Source of the DNA: Acidimicrobiia bacterium
Lineage (GTDB): Bacteria; Actinomycetota; Acidimicrobiia; IMCC26256; BP-133
Assembly: GCA_044867425.1 (NCBI GenBank)
Contig: JBIOUX010000035.1
Span: forward strand, 11,477-75,476
Direction: 5' to 3'
DNA length: 64,000 nucleotides
How positions within the stretch are numbered: position 1 is the first letter of the stretch; the number at the start of each line of letters is the position of its first letter. The position numbers were made by a program, and so were the translations under genes. Shown one piece after another: positions 10,245 through 19,650 of the stretch. The notes under the pieces were generated by a model that was given only the letters and a program-made list of their open reading frames with translations, had not been told where the DNA came from and did not search any database.

Positions 10245-10849
10245 CCTGAGGGCGCCGGAGCCGGGGCCGGCTCCACAGGCGCCGGTGCCGGTGCCGGTTC
10301 AGCGGGTGCGGGTGCGGCGGGCGCGGGCTCGGTGGCTGGCGGCGTCGCGGCCGGTGGCGGCCCTGTCTGGAACTGGACATCGCTCTCGTCAGCCGTCTGC
10401 ACCGCCTGCTGCTCGGCGCCCTGCTTGACGGCAAGCTCCAACTTGACCCGCTTGATCGCCTTCGAGAACCCCGCGACGTCCTCCATCTTCAAGACCGTCA
10501 CGTCCGTGGCGATGACCGCCCCGCCGGACGTGACGTAGACAACGGCCCCCGGGATCACGTCACTGGCCAGCTCGTTCTTGTTCACCGTCTTGGCCACCCT
10601 GGCCGTGTTGGGGGGCTGCTTCACCTCCTTGCCACCTCCGCTGCCGCCGCCCCCGCTTCCTCCCGTGCCGGTGACGAGGACAACCAGGAGGATGACGGCC
10701 AGGATCCCGGCCGCGCCGGAGGAGAGGAAGGCCCAGCGGCGGTACTTGTCCTCGTCGGCACCGACGGCGACTCCGCCCTTGGCGTCCGCCTCCAGCAGGT
10801 CGTTGAGAGTGGTCACCGGGAAGTCGATGGTGTCTTCGAGCGTCGGCAT
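10241..10849 (-). CDS. Single-pass membrane protein, possible RcpC/CpaB-like beta-clip domain, Pro/Ala tail
   Basis: GGGAGG RBS before ATG 10849; TM helix; VIPGAVVYV..DVTVL..LELAV pattern. Confidence 0.55.
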   Translation of the reverse strand: MPTLEDTIDFPVTTLNDLLEADAKGGVAVGADEDKYRRWAFLSSGAAGILAVILLVVLVTGTGGSGGGGSGGGKEVKQPPNTARVAKTVNKNELASDVIPGAVVYVTSGGAVIATDVTVLKMEDVAGFSKAIKRVKLELAVKQGAEQQAVQTADESDVQFQTGPPPAATPPATEPAPAAPAPAEPAPAPAPVEPAPAPAPSG

Positions 10850-11018
10850 GGACGCTGCCTCCCTCGTCCGCCTCTCGGGCATCGGCATCGTACCGGCCCT
10901 CCTGCTCGCGCCACCAGTGAACTTGGTTGACAACGGCGACAACGCTGCGAGACCCTTTTTTGCCACATCAGACGCTTTGTACGGGTGGCATCCGGCCGAA
11001 GAGAGAGAGGAGCGTCCC

Positions 11019-11282
11019 ATGGGTATGCAGGGCGCCGACATCATGCAGATGCAGCAGCTCGAGCAGCGGCTCTCCCAGGAGAGCCAGGCGGTCCGCGAGC
11101 TGATGAGCCGGATCGATCAGGCCCTGTCGAACACCCAGTGGACGGGCCCGGCGGCTGACCGCTTCAAGCAGGAATGGTCGGGCAACTTCGTCAAGGCCCT
11201 GAACACGCTGTCCGAGGCACTGGGCCAGAACGCCTCGGCGGTTCGCAACCGCTGGCAGGCGTTCGAAGCCGCCGCCCGCTGA
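11019..11282 (+). CDS. WXG100/ESAT-6 family type VII secretion substrate (87 aa)
   Basis: Helical 87 aa with central W-T-G (TQWTGPAADRFKQEW); GAGGAG RBS; directly upstream of the FtsK ATPase. Confidence 0.92.
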   Translation: MGMQGADIMQMQQLEQRLSQESQAVRELMSRIDQALSNTQWTGPAADRFKQEWSGNFVKALNTLSEALGQNASAVRNRWQAFEAAAR

Positions 11283-11328
11283 CACCAACCCTCCCCCGGT
11301 TCCCCTTCTGAGTGGCGGGAGGCTCGCG

Positions 11329-14300
11329 ATGCACGTGTCATTCATCGTCGAGGGGGACGAGCGGGAGCTCGACCTCGACGTCGGCCAGGGACAACCGACG
11401 GTTGGCGACCTGTACGCCGCGCTGACGGGACAACCGGAGGCCAGCGGCCTGCTGCTGGACGGGCGGTACTGGCCGCCCGACGCCCCCCTGGCTGAGGTCG
11501 CCCTCCGCCAAGGGTCGGTGCTGGAACCCGCCTCCGGTCCGCCGCCTTCGACGGCCGGTCCCGAACCGGTGGCCGAGCTGTCGGTCACGGGCGGCCTGGG
11601 GTCGGGTGACACCGTGCCCCTGCCTGCCGGGTCCCACAAGGTGGGGCGTGGCCCTGACGCTGACGTCGTGCTCGACCATCCCACGGTGTCGCCCGTCCAC
11701 GCCCGGGTGGAGGTCACCAGCACCGGGGCCGTGGCCGTGGCCGACGCCGGCTCGAAGAACGGCACGGCGCTGGAGGGCTACCGGCTCAAGGAACCGATCC
11801 GGGTCGAGCCGGGCCAGGTGCTCCAGGCCGGGGCCGTCCTCTTCCGGGCGGGCCCGGCGCCGGCCACCGACGCCCCCGTCCTCGGCCGCCCGCGGCGCAG
11901 TGGCACGGCGGCCTTCAACCGGCCGCCGCGAGCCCGGGTGCAGAGCTCGCCGTCGACGCTGCGCACGCCGGCCGCCCCCAAGGAAGGTGGGTCGGCCAGC
12001 AGCTTCGGGGTGGGGGCCATGATCGCCCCCGCCGTCATGGGCGTCGGCTCCGCCATCATGTTCGAAAGGCCCATCATGGCCGCCTTCGCCCTCCTCTCGC
12101 CCATGATGATGTTCACCAACCGCATGGAGGAGAAGCGCCGGGCCGGAAAGGAACGGGCCCGGGGGGACCGCGAGTTCGCCGAGGCGCTGGTGGCGTTCCG
12201 CCGGGCCCTGCTCAAGGGGCGCCAGACCGAGCTGGCCCGCCGCCGCCAGCTGTTCCCCGACCCGGCCGAGGTGCTCCGCCGGGCGGTGACCCCCAGCGTG
12301 CGCCTGTGGGAGCGGCGCCCGGGGCACGAGGACTTCCTCCAGGCGTCGGTGGGCACCGCCACGCTGGCCTGGACCCCACCCCTCGACTCCCCCGGGGGCG
12401 AGCACCCGGTGGAGGTGGAGGAGACCATCTCCTCGCTCGGCTGGCTGCCCAACGCCCCGCTGGCCACCGACCTCGGCCCCGGACACACCCTGGGGGTGGT
12501 CGGCGACCGCACGGCCGCCGTGGCCCTCGCCCGCGGCGTGATCTGCCAGCTGGCCGTCCACCACGGACCGGCCGACCTCCGGGTGGCGGTGCTGACCGAC
12601 CCCGGCCACGCCGCCGACTGGGACTGGGTGAAGTGGCTGCCCCACGTCCGCAGCCTCGACGAAACCTCGGGCCGCCATCTGCTGGCCGCCCGTCCCGAAG
12701 ACGTGGCCGCCGTCCTCGACGAGCTGACCACCGTCCCCGAGACCAAGGGCCCCGGTGTGCGGCCCAACGAGACGCCTGAAGGTCCCATCACCCTGGTGGT
12801 GGTCGACGCCCCGGCGCTGATGGAAGGCCGCAACGCGCCCGCCCGCGATGTGCTCTCGGGCGACGGGGTGCCGGCCTGCGGGCTGGTCCTGGTCCGGTCG
12901 GCCGATCAACTCCCGGCCCTGTCCACCAGCATCGTCGAGCTGTCCGACGGCCTGGGTGGCGCCCGGTACCGGGAGCCGGGCATCAACCTGACCATCGAAG
13001 GCATGCTGGTGGGGGGCATGCCCGAACGCCTGGCCCGGCGGGCGGCCCGGGCCCTGTCCGGCCTGGAGGACCCGGAGGTCCCCGACCTGGGCGCCGACCT
13101 GCCCGACGGCGTCGCCCTCGTCGACCTCGTCGGCGGTGAGGTCAGCCCCGACACGATCTCCCAGCGGTGGAAGTCGGCCGGCCGGGTCCCCCGCATGGTG
13201 GGGCCGATCGGCGTGGCCGGGGACGGGCCCGTCGAGATCGACTGGGTGGCCGACGGACCCCATGCCCTGGTGGCCGGCACCACCGGGTCGGGGAAGTCGG
13301 AGATGCTCCGTTCGGTGGTGGCGGGACTGGCCGCGTCCCTCGACTCCGAGCACCTCAACTTCGTCCTCATCGACTACAAGGGCGGCTCCGCCTTCGCCCA
13401 GTGCGCCGGGCTGCCCCACACCGTCGGCATGGTCACCGACCTCGACGAGCACCTCGGGGCCCGAGCCCTGCGGTCCCTGGAGGCCGAGCTGCGCTACCGG
13501 GAGACCCGCCTGCGCGACGCCGGCGCCTCCGACCTGAAGCAGTACCTCCAGGACGGCCACCCCGAGCCGCTGCCCCGGCTCCTCATCATCATCGACGAGT
13601 TCGCCACCATGGCCGCCGAGCTCCCCGACTTCATCGATGCCCTGGTGGGCATCGCCCAGCGGGGCCGCAGCCTCGGCGTGCACATGATCCTGGCCACCCA
13701 GCGGCCGGGAGGCGCCGTCAACGACAACATCCGGGCCAACACCAACCTGCGGATCAGCCTGCGGGTGCAGGAGGCCGCCGAGTCGTCCGACATCATCGGC
13801 ACGCCCATGGCCGCCCAGATCGGCCGCCGGCAGGCGGGGCGGGGCTACCTGCGCCTGGGCGCCTCCGACGTCTTCCCGTTCCAGGCCGCCCTCGTCACCG
13901 GGGTGACCCGCAAGGAGGAGACCACCTCCGTCGGCGAGTCCCGCTTCGTGTTCGGCCCCGAGCCGCTGGTGCGCGACCAGCTGCCGGAGACCACCAAGAC
14001 CGCCGCTCCCGAGGGACCGTCCGACCTGGAGCGCCTGGTGGCCGCCGCCGCCGAAGCCGCCCGTCTGGGCGGCCTGGCCGAGCCGCGCCGTCCCTGGCCC
14101 GAGGCACTCCCCGCCATGGTGGCGCTGGGCGACCTGGTCGAAGAGGCGGGCGGGGCGAGCGCGGCGGTGGTCGGGGCCGGGGCGCCCTTCGCCCTGGCCG
14201 ACGAGCCGGACCGGCAACGGCGGGCCCTGTTCTCCTGGACACCGACGGCGGGCAACCTCTTCGTGTGCGGCGTGGCCGGTTCGGGGGCCACCACCACCCT

Positions 14301-15627
14301 GGCCACGGTGGCCACCTCCCTGGCCAACACCTACCGGCCCGAGAAGCTGTGGTTCTACGGGCTCGACTTCGGCACGCAGGCGCTGGCGCCCCTGAGCGGA
14401 CTGCCCCACTGCGGCGGCATCGTCGGCCCCAGCGACCGGGAGCGCCAGTTCCGCCTGGTGCGCTACCTGGCCGACGAGCTCGAGCGCCGGCGCCGCCACA
14501 TCGCCGCCAGCGGGGCCACCCGCATCGACCCCGGCGACCCCAACTCGCCGTTCCCCACCATCGTGGTGCTCATCGACAACTACGGAGCGCTGCACTCAGC
14601 GTGGGAGGACACCACGGGCATGGCCATCCGCGACCTGCTGGCCCGCACCATCGCCGACGGGCCCGGGCTGGGCGTGGTGGCGGCCATCGCCGCCGACCGC
14701 CCCCTGTCGCTGCCCGGCAACATCGCCTCGGTGACGCCCAACAAGATCGCCCTGCGCCTGGCCGAGCCGAGCGATCTTTCCTTCTTCGGCCTGAATCCCC
14801 GCGAGGTCGGCAAGCTGGGCGTGGGGCGCGGCATCGACGCCGGCACCAAACTCGAAGTACAGATCGCCGTTCCCCATGCCGACGGGCTGGCGGCGGCCGT
14901 CGCCGAGGCCACCGCGGCGGCGGGAACGGTGGAGGCCGCGGCGCGGCCGCCGGCCATCGGGGCGCTGCCCGACGACGTCCCCGCCAACCTCGTCCAGGAT
15001 GCGCTGCACATCGAAGAGACGGAATGGTTCCTGCCCATGGGCGTCGGCGACCTGACGCTCGGCCCCGCCGGCCTGCGCCTGCTCGAATCCGAGCACGCGT
15101 TCGTGATCGGCCCGCCCCGATCGGGGAAGTCGACCGTGCTGGACGCGGTCGCCGCCATGGTCGGCAAGGCCCGGCCCGATGTTGTCATCACCGTGATCGG
15201 GACCCGGCGCTCACCGCTCCACGACGCCCCCGAGGCCGCCCATGTGGTACGCAGCGCCGAAGAGCTCAAGCCGGCGGTGGCCCGCATCAAGGAGGACACC
15301 GCACCCCAGCTGGTGCTCATCGACGACGCCGACGCCCTGGACGACGACCTCGAAGGCACCCTGGCCGGCCTGGTGGCCACGACGCGCGGCGACCTGCACC
15401 TGGTCGTCGCCGCCCGCCCCGACCCCATCCGGTCGAACTACGGCCACTGGACGGCTCGGGTCCGCACCTCCCGCCAGGGCCTGGCGCTGCGCCCCAACCT
15501 CGACCAGGACGGCAACCTGCTCGGGACGATGTTCCCCCGGGGCGGGCCCACCACTTTCGAGGCCGGCCGGGGCTACCTCGTGGCCGAGGGCGTTTCCCAG
15601 CTCCTCCAAGCCGCCCGACGAGGCTGA
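11329..15627 (+). CDS. Type VII secretion ATPase EssC/EccC-like (ubiquitin-like + FHA + TM + three FtsK domains)
   Basis: FHA (VGRG..VSPVHA..DAGSKNGT), FNRPPR, two TMs, RLWERRP, GTTGSGKSE, IDYKGG, GRSLGVHMILATQRP, GPPRSGKS. Confidence 0.92.
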   Translation: MHVSFIVEGDERELDLDVGQGQPTVGDLYAALTGQPEASGLLLDGRYWPPDAPLAEVALRQGSVLEPASGPPPSTAGPEPVAELSVTGGLGSGDTVPLPAGSHKVGRGPDADVVLDHPTVSPVHARVEVTSTGAVAVADAGSKNGTALEGYRLKEPIRVEPGQVLQAGAVLFRAGPAPATDAPVLGRPRRSGTAAFNRPPRARVQSSPSTLRTPAAPKEGGSASSFGVGAMIAPAVMGVGSAIMFERPIMAAFALLSPMMMFTNRMEEKRRAGKERARGDREFAEALVAFRRALLKGRQTELARRRQLFPDPAEVLRRAVTPSVRLWERRPGHEDFLQASVGTATLAWTPPLDSPGGEHPVEVEETISSLGWLPNAPLATDLGPGHTLGVVGDRTAAVALARGVICQLAVHHGPADLRVAVLTDPGHAADWDWVKWLPHVRSLDETSGRHLLAARPEDVAAVLDELTTVPETKGPGVRPNETPEGPITLVVVDAPALMEGRNAPARDVLSGDGVPACGLVLVRSADQLPALSTSIVELSDGLGGARYREPGINLTIEGMLVGGMPERLARRAARALSGLEDPEVPDLGADLPDGVALVDLVGGEVSPDTISQRWKSAGRVPRMVGPIGVAGDGPVEIDWVADGPHALVAGTTGSGKSEMLRSVVAGLAASLDSEHLNFVLIDYKGGSAFAQCAGLPHTVGMVTDLDEHLGARALRSLEAELRYRETRLRDAGASDLKQYLQDGHPEPLPRLLIIIDEFATMAAELPDFIDALVGIAQRGRSLGVHMILATQRPGGAVNDNIRANTNLRISLRVQEAAESSDIIGTPMAAQIGRRQAGRGYLRLGASDVFPFQAALVTGVTRKEETTSVGESRFVFGPEPLVRDQLPETTKTAAPEGPSDLERLVAAAAEAARLGGLAEPRRPWPEALPAMVALGDLVEEAGGASAAVVGAGAPFALADEPDRQRRALFSWTPTAGNLFVCGVAGSGATTTLATVATSLANTYRPEKLWFYGLDFGTQALAPLSGLPHCGGIVGPSDRERQFRLVRYLADELERRRRHIAASGATRIDPGDPNSPFPTIVVLIDNYGALHSAWEDTTGMAIRDLLARTIADGPGLGVVAAIAADRPLSLPGNIASVTPNKIALRLAEPSDLSFFGLNPREVGKLGVGRGIDAGTKLEVQIAVPHADGLAAAVAEATAAAGTVEAAARPPAIGALPDDVPANLVQDALHIEETEWFLPMGVGDLTLGPAGLRLLESEHAFVIGPPRSGKSTVLDAVAAMVGKARPDVVITVIGTRRSPLHDAPEAAHVVRSAEELKPAVARIKEDTAPQLVLIDDADALDDDLEGTLAGLVATTRGDLHLVVAARPDPIRSNYGHWTARVRTSRQGLALRPNLDQDGNLLGTMFPRGGPTTFEAGRGYLVAEGVSQLLQAARRG

Positions 15628-15641
15628 CCCGGCCGGCTGCC

Positions 15642-18641
15642 ATGGCCACCGCCACCCGTTCGCCGCTGGTCGAGCAGGCGGAGAAGATCGACCGCCTGGC
15701 TCAGCACCTGTCGAACGGCCAGCTCCTGGAGAAGGCGGTGCGGCTGGCCGGGTCCGACAGCGTCTGGAGAGGGGCGCTGCGCGACGGGTTCATGGGCTGG
15801 ATCGCTCATGCCCTCGACTTCTGGATGCGCAACCAGCTCGCCGAGGGCATGCGGCTGGTGGCCCGGTCCCTGTTCAACCGGGCGGCGGACATCGAACGGG
15901 CCCAGCAGGCCATGGCCGCCGGCCAGGTCGGCGTCGTGGGCCCCGGGATACCCGCCCCCCTGAACTACGCCCCGGGGACCCCGCCTTCCTACGGAAGCAT
16001 CGGTGGGCCAGGGGTGGTCCCCGAGATGAATGGTCAGGAGGTGCGGGGCCTCTCCCACCTGCTCTTGGCCACCGCCGACGACGTGTTGAACTTCGGCCGC
16101 ACGGTGGAGGCGGCGCTCGACCCTCCGCCGGCGCCGCCACCGCCTCCCGGTGCGCCGCCAACCGTGAGCCCCGTCCCTCCCGACGCCGACGCGGCCGTCG
16201 GCTTCCCCCACGCGTACCTGGAGATCGCCACCCAGCTCCGCAACGCCGCCAGCGACCTGGCCCGGCGGGCCGACGAGTGGCTCCTCGGCGAGGACGCCAG
16301 CCTCCCCGGTATGGCCTCGGTCGATCTCGGTGTCATGAACGCCGCCGCCCAAGGCGCGGCCGCCGTCGCCACGTCCTCGGGCGCCGCCGCCGATCAGGCC
16401 CAGGCGCCGGGGGTGCCCACCGCCACCCCCGAAGACCAGGTGCCGCAGCCGCCGGTCGAAGAGCAGCAGCGCGACGCCGAAGCGCTGGCCAGGGATTACC
16501 CCCCGGACAAGGTGCTCGACGATCCCCGCGAACTCAAGAAGCTGGCGGCCGAGCTGGACAAGCACCAGGGCCACGAGGCGTTCGCCGCCCGGTTCGTCGA
16601 GAAGTTCGGCGCCAAGAACGTCTTGGCCGTCCCCCGTGCCCTGCAGGCGTGGCAGAACGGGTGGGAGAAGGGCCAGCACACCCTGGGCCCGGGTCAGCGC
16701 AGCCTGCCCTTTGGCAAGCCACAACCGGAAGCCACCAAGGAGGATATCGAAAGCGTCCTCTACGGCTTCTCCGGCACCCTGGCCACCGCCACCCGCTCCG
16801 AACACTTCGATCAGAAAGTCGAGGACCAGATCCTCGCCACCAAGGATCCCCTCGCTCTCTCCTGGCTGCTGAGCGACCACGACGCCCATTTCGACGCCGA
16901 CTTCCTGGTGGAGGCGTTCGAGCACGGCGTCAAGGACGTGATCCTCAAGGAGGCTTCCCTGTCCGGGATCGGCAGCCCCTACGCCACCAGCGAGAGCCCC
17001 CTCGAGCTCCGGACCGGCAAGCTCTACACGGACCCCAAGATCGCCGTCCTCAATGCCATCTCCCGCAACGAGGAAGCGGCGATGAGGATCGCCGACATCG
17101 AGTTCAAGCCTCCGCTCAAGGTGTACTTCGGCCTCCGCCCCGACGTCGAGGTCAAGAACATCGTCGAACTCCTCTACCAGGGTGGTTCAACGGACGGCGG
17201 CTATGGCGACAAGGGCGCCGCCCTCGGTCGCATGCTCGACACGGCCCACCGGGGCTTCTGCGACAACGGCGACGCCGCCAGCGCCAAGAGGGTCGTGGAC
17301 CAGATCACGAAAGGTGCCACCAACGACAAGGACGTCAAGCGAGCTGAGGAGTCGCTGCGCCGAATAGGTGCCCGTCAGCCCGTTACCGACGAAGAGGCGA
17401 GCAACGCGCTCGCCAACGTCCGCAAAGATGACAACCATCCGGCCCGGGAACTCCTTCTGACCCAAGCGGCAGAACGCCATAGCGTGTCAGCCACCTTCGT
17501 CGCCGACGCAGCAAGCGGCAAGAAGTACGCCGGCGAGGTTCTCTACGAAACTCGGAGCGCTTGGGACGTCGTGCGTAAGAGCATGACTGATCCGAACGGT
17601 ACCGCCGAGCAGCGAGCTGACGCCGAGAAAGCCCTCGAACGGACGATCACCAAAGTAGGCAAGGGCGAAGAACTCTCCAACGAAGCCCGCCGAGGCATGG
17701 CCGACAACCTCGCCCTACGCTTCGGGGATCTAGCCTACGTTCTTTTTTCTCCAATTTCTGCGCCTGCGCAAGGGTGGGTGAATGCTTCGAAGGACGACCT
17801 AAAAGCGACTCTTGCCGAAGTGGCTCGCGACAAGGAAGCACGGGAAACTCTGATGCTTGGGATCGGAGCCTGGTCCTCAAAGACATATGACGAAATGGCT
17901 ACGAAACTAGCCGCTGGGAGCTCTGACAACGACGTTCTGAAGAAATTCGCTCCGGAGATGATGCAGATGGGCGACGCATTCTGTCAGATGATAACCGCCG
18001 TACAGGAAGCCGGTGTAAAAGAGCGCGACGAAGCGCTGGCATTACTTCAGCGATATCGCTTCGGAGTCGATATCGTATTTGACCTTGTTGAGCAGATTCC
18101 AGTCGTCACCACAGCCAAAGCTTCCGTCGATAGCGCCTTAGGCCATCTCCCCGGCGGAATCGCACCAGATTACGAGGAGGCGCTTCGGTCCGGCATCGCA
18201 AAGAACCTGTCGGGCGTCGACATGGGCAACGTCATCGCTAGGACGAAGGCGGAAGCTCTCAGTACCGTGAGCCAAGTGGATGTCATCGTTATTGAGAACA
18301 TGATGAGTTCGATGGCTCGAAAACCAACCCTTATGGTCGGCATGGGCCTGAACACATGGGGCAGTTGGCCAGCCTTTATGCTGCGTGAGCCACCACCGCC
18401 GTCCGACGCTTCCGTCGACCCGACCGCACTTGCACAGTTCGTGAAGCCCGAGTATATGGACCCCGCGGGGGGCGTTAGGTTTCCTTTGCCTGGGACCCCG
18501 GATTATGGCGACTTTCAAGAGTGGTATCTCGATCCCTCGCTCGACAACCCTCTTCTAGAACAGGCCAGCTTTATCACTGCTGAAGTCAGGAATAGCATGA
18601 ACACCTGTATGATGAAAATCCAGTGGGAGAAGTCACTGTGA
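15642..18641 (+). CDS. Putative T7SS polymorphic effector (999 aa): WXG-like N-terminus, helical middle, variable C-terminal domain
   Basis: ATG 14 nt after the essC stop; SVWRGALRDGF WXG-like motif; Pro-rich linker; GC content drops after ~17340. Confidence 0.8.
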   Translation: MATATRSPLVEQAEKIDRLAQHLSNGQLLEKAVRLAGSDSVWRGALRDGFMGWIAHALDFWMRNQLAEGMRLVARSLFNRAADIERAQQAMAAGQVGVVGPGIPAPLNYAPGTPPSYGSIGGPGVVPEMNGQEVRGLSHLLLATADDVLNFGRTVEAALDPPPAPPPPPGAPPTVSPVPPDADAAVGFPHAYLEIATQLRNAASDLARRADEWLLGEDASLPGMASVDLGVMNAAAQGAAAVATSSGAAADQAQAPGVPTATPEDQVPQPPVEEQQRDAEALARDYPPDKVLDDPRELKKLAAELDKHQGHEAFAARFVEKFGAKNVLAVPRALQAWQNGWEKGQHTLGPGQRSLPFGKPQPEATKEDIESVLYGFSGTLATATRSEHFDQKVEDQILATKDPLALSWLLSDHDAHFDADFLVEAFEHGVKDVILKEASLSGIGSPYATSESPLELRTGKLYTDPKIAVLNAISRNEEAAMRIADIEFKPPLKVYFGLRPDVEVKNIVELLYQGGSTDGGYGDKGAALGRMLDTAHRGFCDNGDAASAKRVVDQITKGATNDKDVKRAEESLRRIGARQPVTDEEASNALANVRKDDNHPARELLLTQAAERHSVSATFVADAASGKKYAGEVLYETRSAWDVVRKSMTDPNGTAEQRADAEKALERTITKVGKGEELSNEARRGMADNLALRFGDLAYVLFSPISAPAQGWVNASKDDLKATLAEVARDKEARETLMLGIGAWSSKTYDEMATKLAAGSSDNDVLKKFAPEMMQMGDAFCQMITAVQEAGVKERDEALALLQRYRFGVDIVFDLVEQIPVVTTAKASVDSALGHLPGGIAPDYEEALRSGIAKNLSGVDMGNVIARTKAEALSTVSQVDVIVIENMMSSMARKPTLMVGMGLNTWGSWPAFMLREPPPPSDASVDPTALAQFVKPEYMDPAGGVRFPLPGTPDYGDFQEWYLDPSLDNPLLEQASFITAEVRNSMNTCMMKIQWEKSL

Positions 18642-19384
18642 TACTGACTCGCAAGTGCTGTTACGTGGCTGGATCGGGCGCAAAATTTTCCAAAGTTGGC
18701 CTAACTCCACCGTTGCTCGTCGCTTTCGCGATCTTCTTTGCAACGTTCGCTGGGTGCTCTGACTCAGGAAACGCTGATAGCAAGGGAAATGGTAACGACT
18801 CCAGTTCCACTGACGCTTCCGCCATGGCGGAGATCGACCCACCTCTCGATGAGTGGGCCACCTCTGCAACCGCTGAGTACGGCAAGCAAGTAGAAGCGGG
18901 GGGCCAACCTGACTTCAATGCCGTTGCCCGCGCGATCGCGCCTGCCACTCAGGCTCTCACTGCCGCGCTTTGTGAATCGTTCCGCAACGACGATGCCTTC
19001 ACTGACTCCGGGAAGGCATCCGAACTCGAGAAGCAAGTCGCGTTTGCGGCCGACGAAGCCTTAGCGCGCGCCCTGGCACACAAGCCACGGCTGCTTGTCG
19101 CGCTTGGAATGACGACTTGGGGTCAGTGGCCCCCGTTCGCATTGAAGGATCCAGCTCCTGCGCCCGACATGCCCGTAGGAGATCTGTCGCAGGGTCTGTC
19201 ACAGTTCCTCAAGCCAGAGTTTATTGGTGAGGATGGAGGCCTTTCGATACCCAGCAAAGGCGCCCCAGGCTATCAAGAGTTTCAGGCTTGGTTCTATGAC
19301 CCGGCGCTCGACAACCCCTTGTTGGAGCAAACCACGGTCACTACACAGTCGTTCAATGGTTGGACTGATACGTGCTCCAAGTAG
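18638..19384 (+). CDS. Lipoprotein Lip1, putative cognate immunity protein; paralogue of the effector C-terminal domain
   Basis: GTGA overlap with the effector stop; lipobox FAGC; shares TWGxWP, QFxKPE and DPxLDNPLLEQ...TC with the effector tail. Confidence 0.8.
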   Translation: MILTRKCCYVAGSGAKFSKVGLTPPLLVAFAIFFATFAGCSDSGNADSKGNGNDSSSTDASAMAEIDPPLDEWATSATAEYGKQVEAGGQPDFNAVARAIAPATQALTAALCESFRNDDAFTDSGKASELEKQVAFAADEALARALAHKPRLLVALGMTTWGQWPPFALKDPAPAPDMPVGDLSQGLSQFLKPEFIGEDGGLSIPSKGAPGYQEFQAWFYDPALDNPLLEQTTVTTQSFNGWTDTCSK

Positions 19385-19466
19385 CAGCAACTTGATTAGT
19401 GCGAGCCTTGCAGTTCGACTGGGGCTCGAGAAAGGAGATGAGCCAGAAGAATCAATGGTCAGGTGC

Positions 19467-19650
19467 ATGAGGCGCCGGAGGAGAATCGTCCTCTTCAGCT
19501 CGGCCTTTGGAACACTCCTTGCGGCCGCGGCGACCAGCGAAGGAGGCGAAAGCGACAGCGGTGGTGAATCAAGCTCTACGAGAGTACGAGAGCGCGTCAG
19601 CCGCTGAAGCGGAAAAGTACGCCGAGCCCGTTGCGGTCGCCCACCTCCAG
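19467..19650 (+). pseudogene. Truncated remnant of another array lipoprotein
   Basis: MRRRRRIVLFSSAFGTLLAA signal-like start, then in another frame ALREYESASAAEAEKYAEPVAVAH, resembling Lip5 ILAEPLAVSY. Confidence 0.45.

Noticed and set aside
11338-14595. 1085-aa antisense ORF, and similar long overlapping ORFs throughout
   Set aside because: Typical stop-poor antisense frames of GC-rich genes; no recognisable motifs.
13167-15641. N-terminal 825 aa of the 1824-aa ORF
   Set aside because: Arg/Gly/Pro-rich shadow frame overlapping essC; the real effector starts at ATG 15642.
17340-18641. Known enzymatic toxin domain (nuclease, deaminase, ADP-ribosyltransferase, lipase) in the effector C-terminus
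   Set aside because: No catalytic motif recognised by eye; toxicity remains an inference from context.
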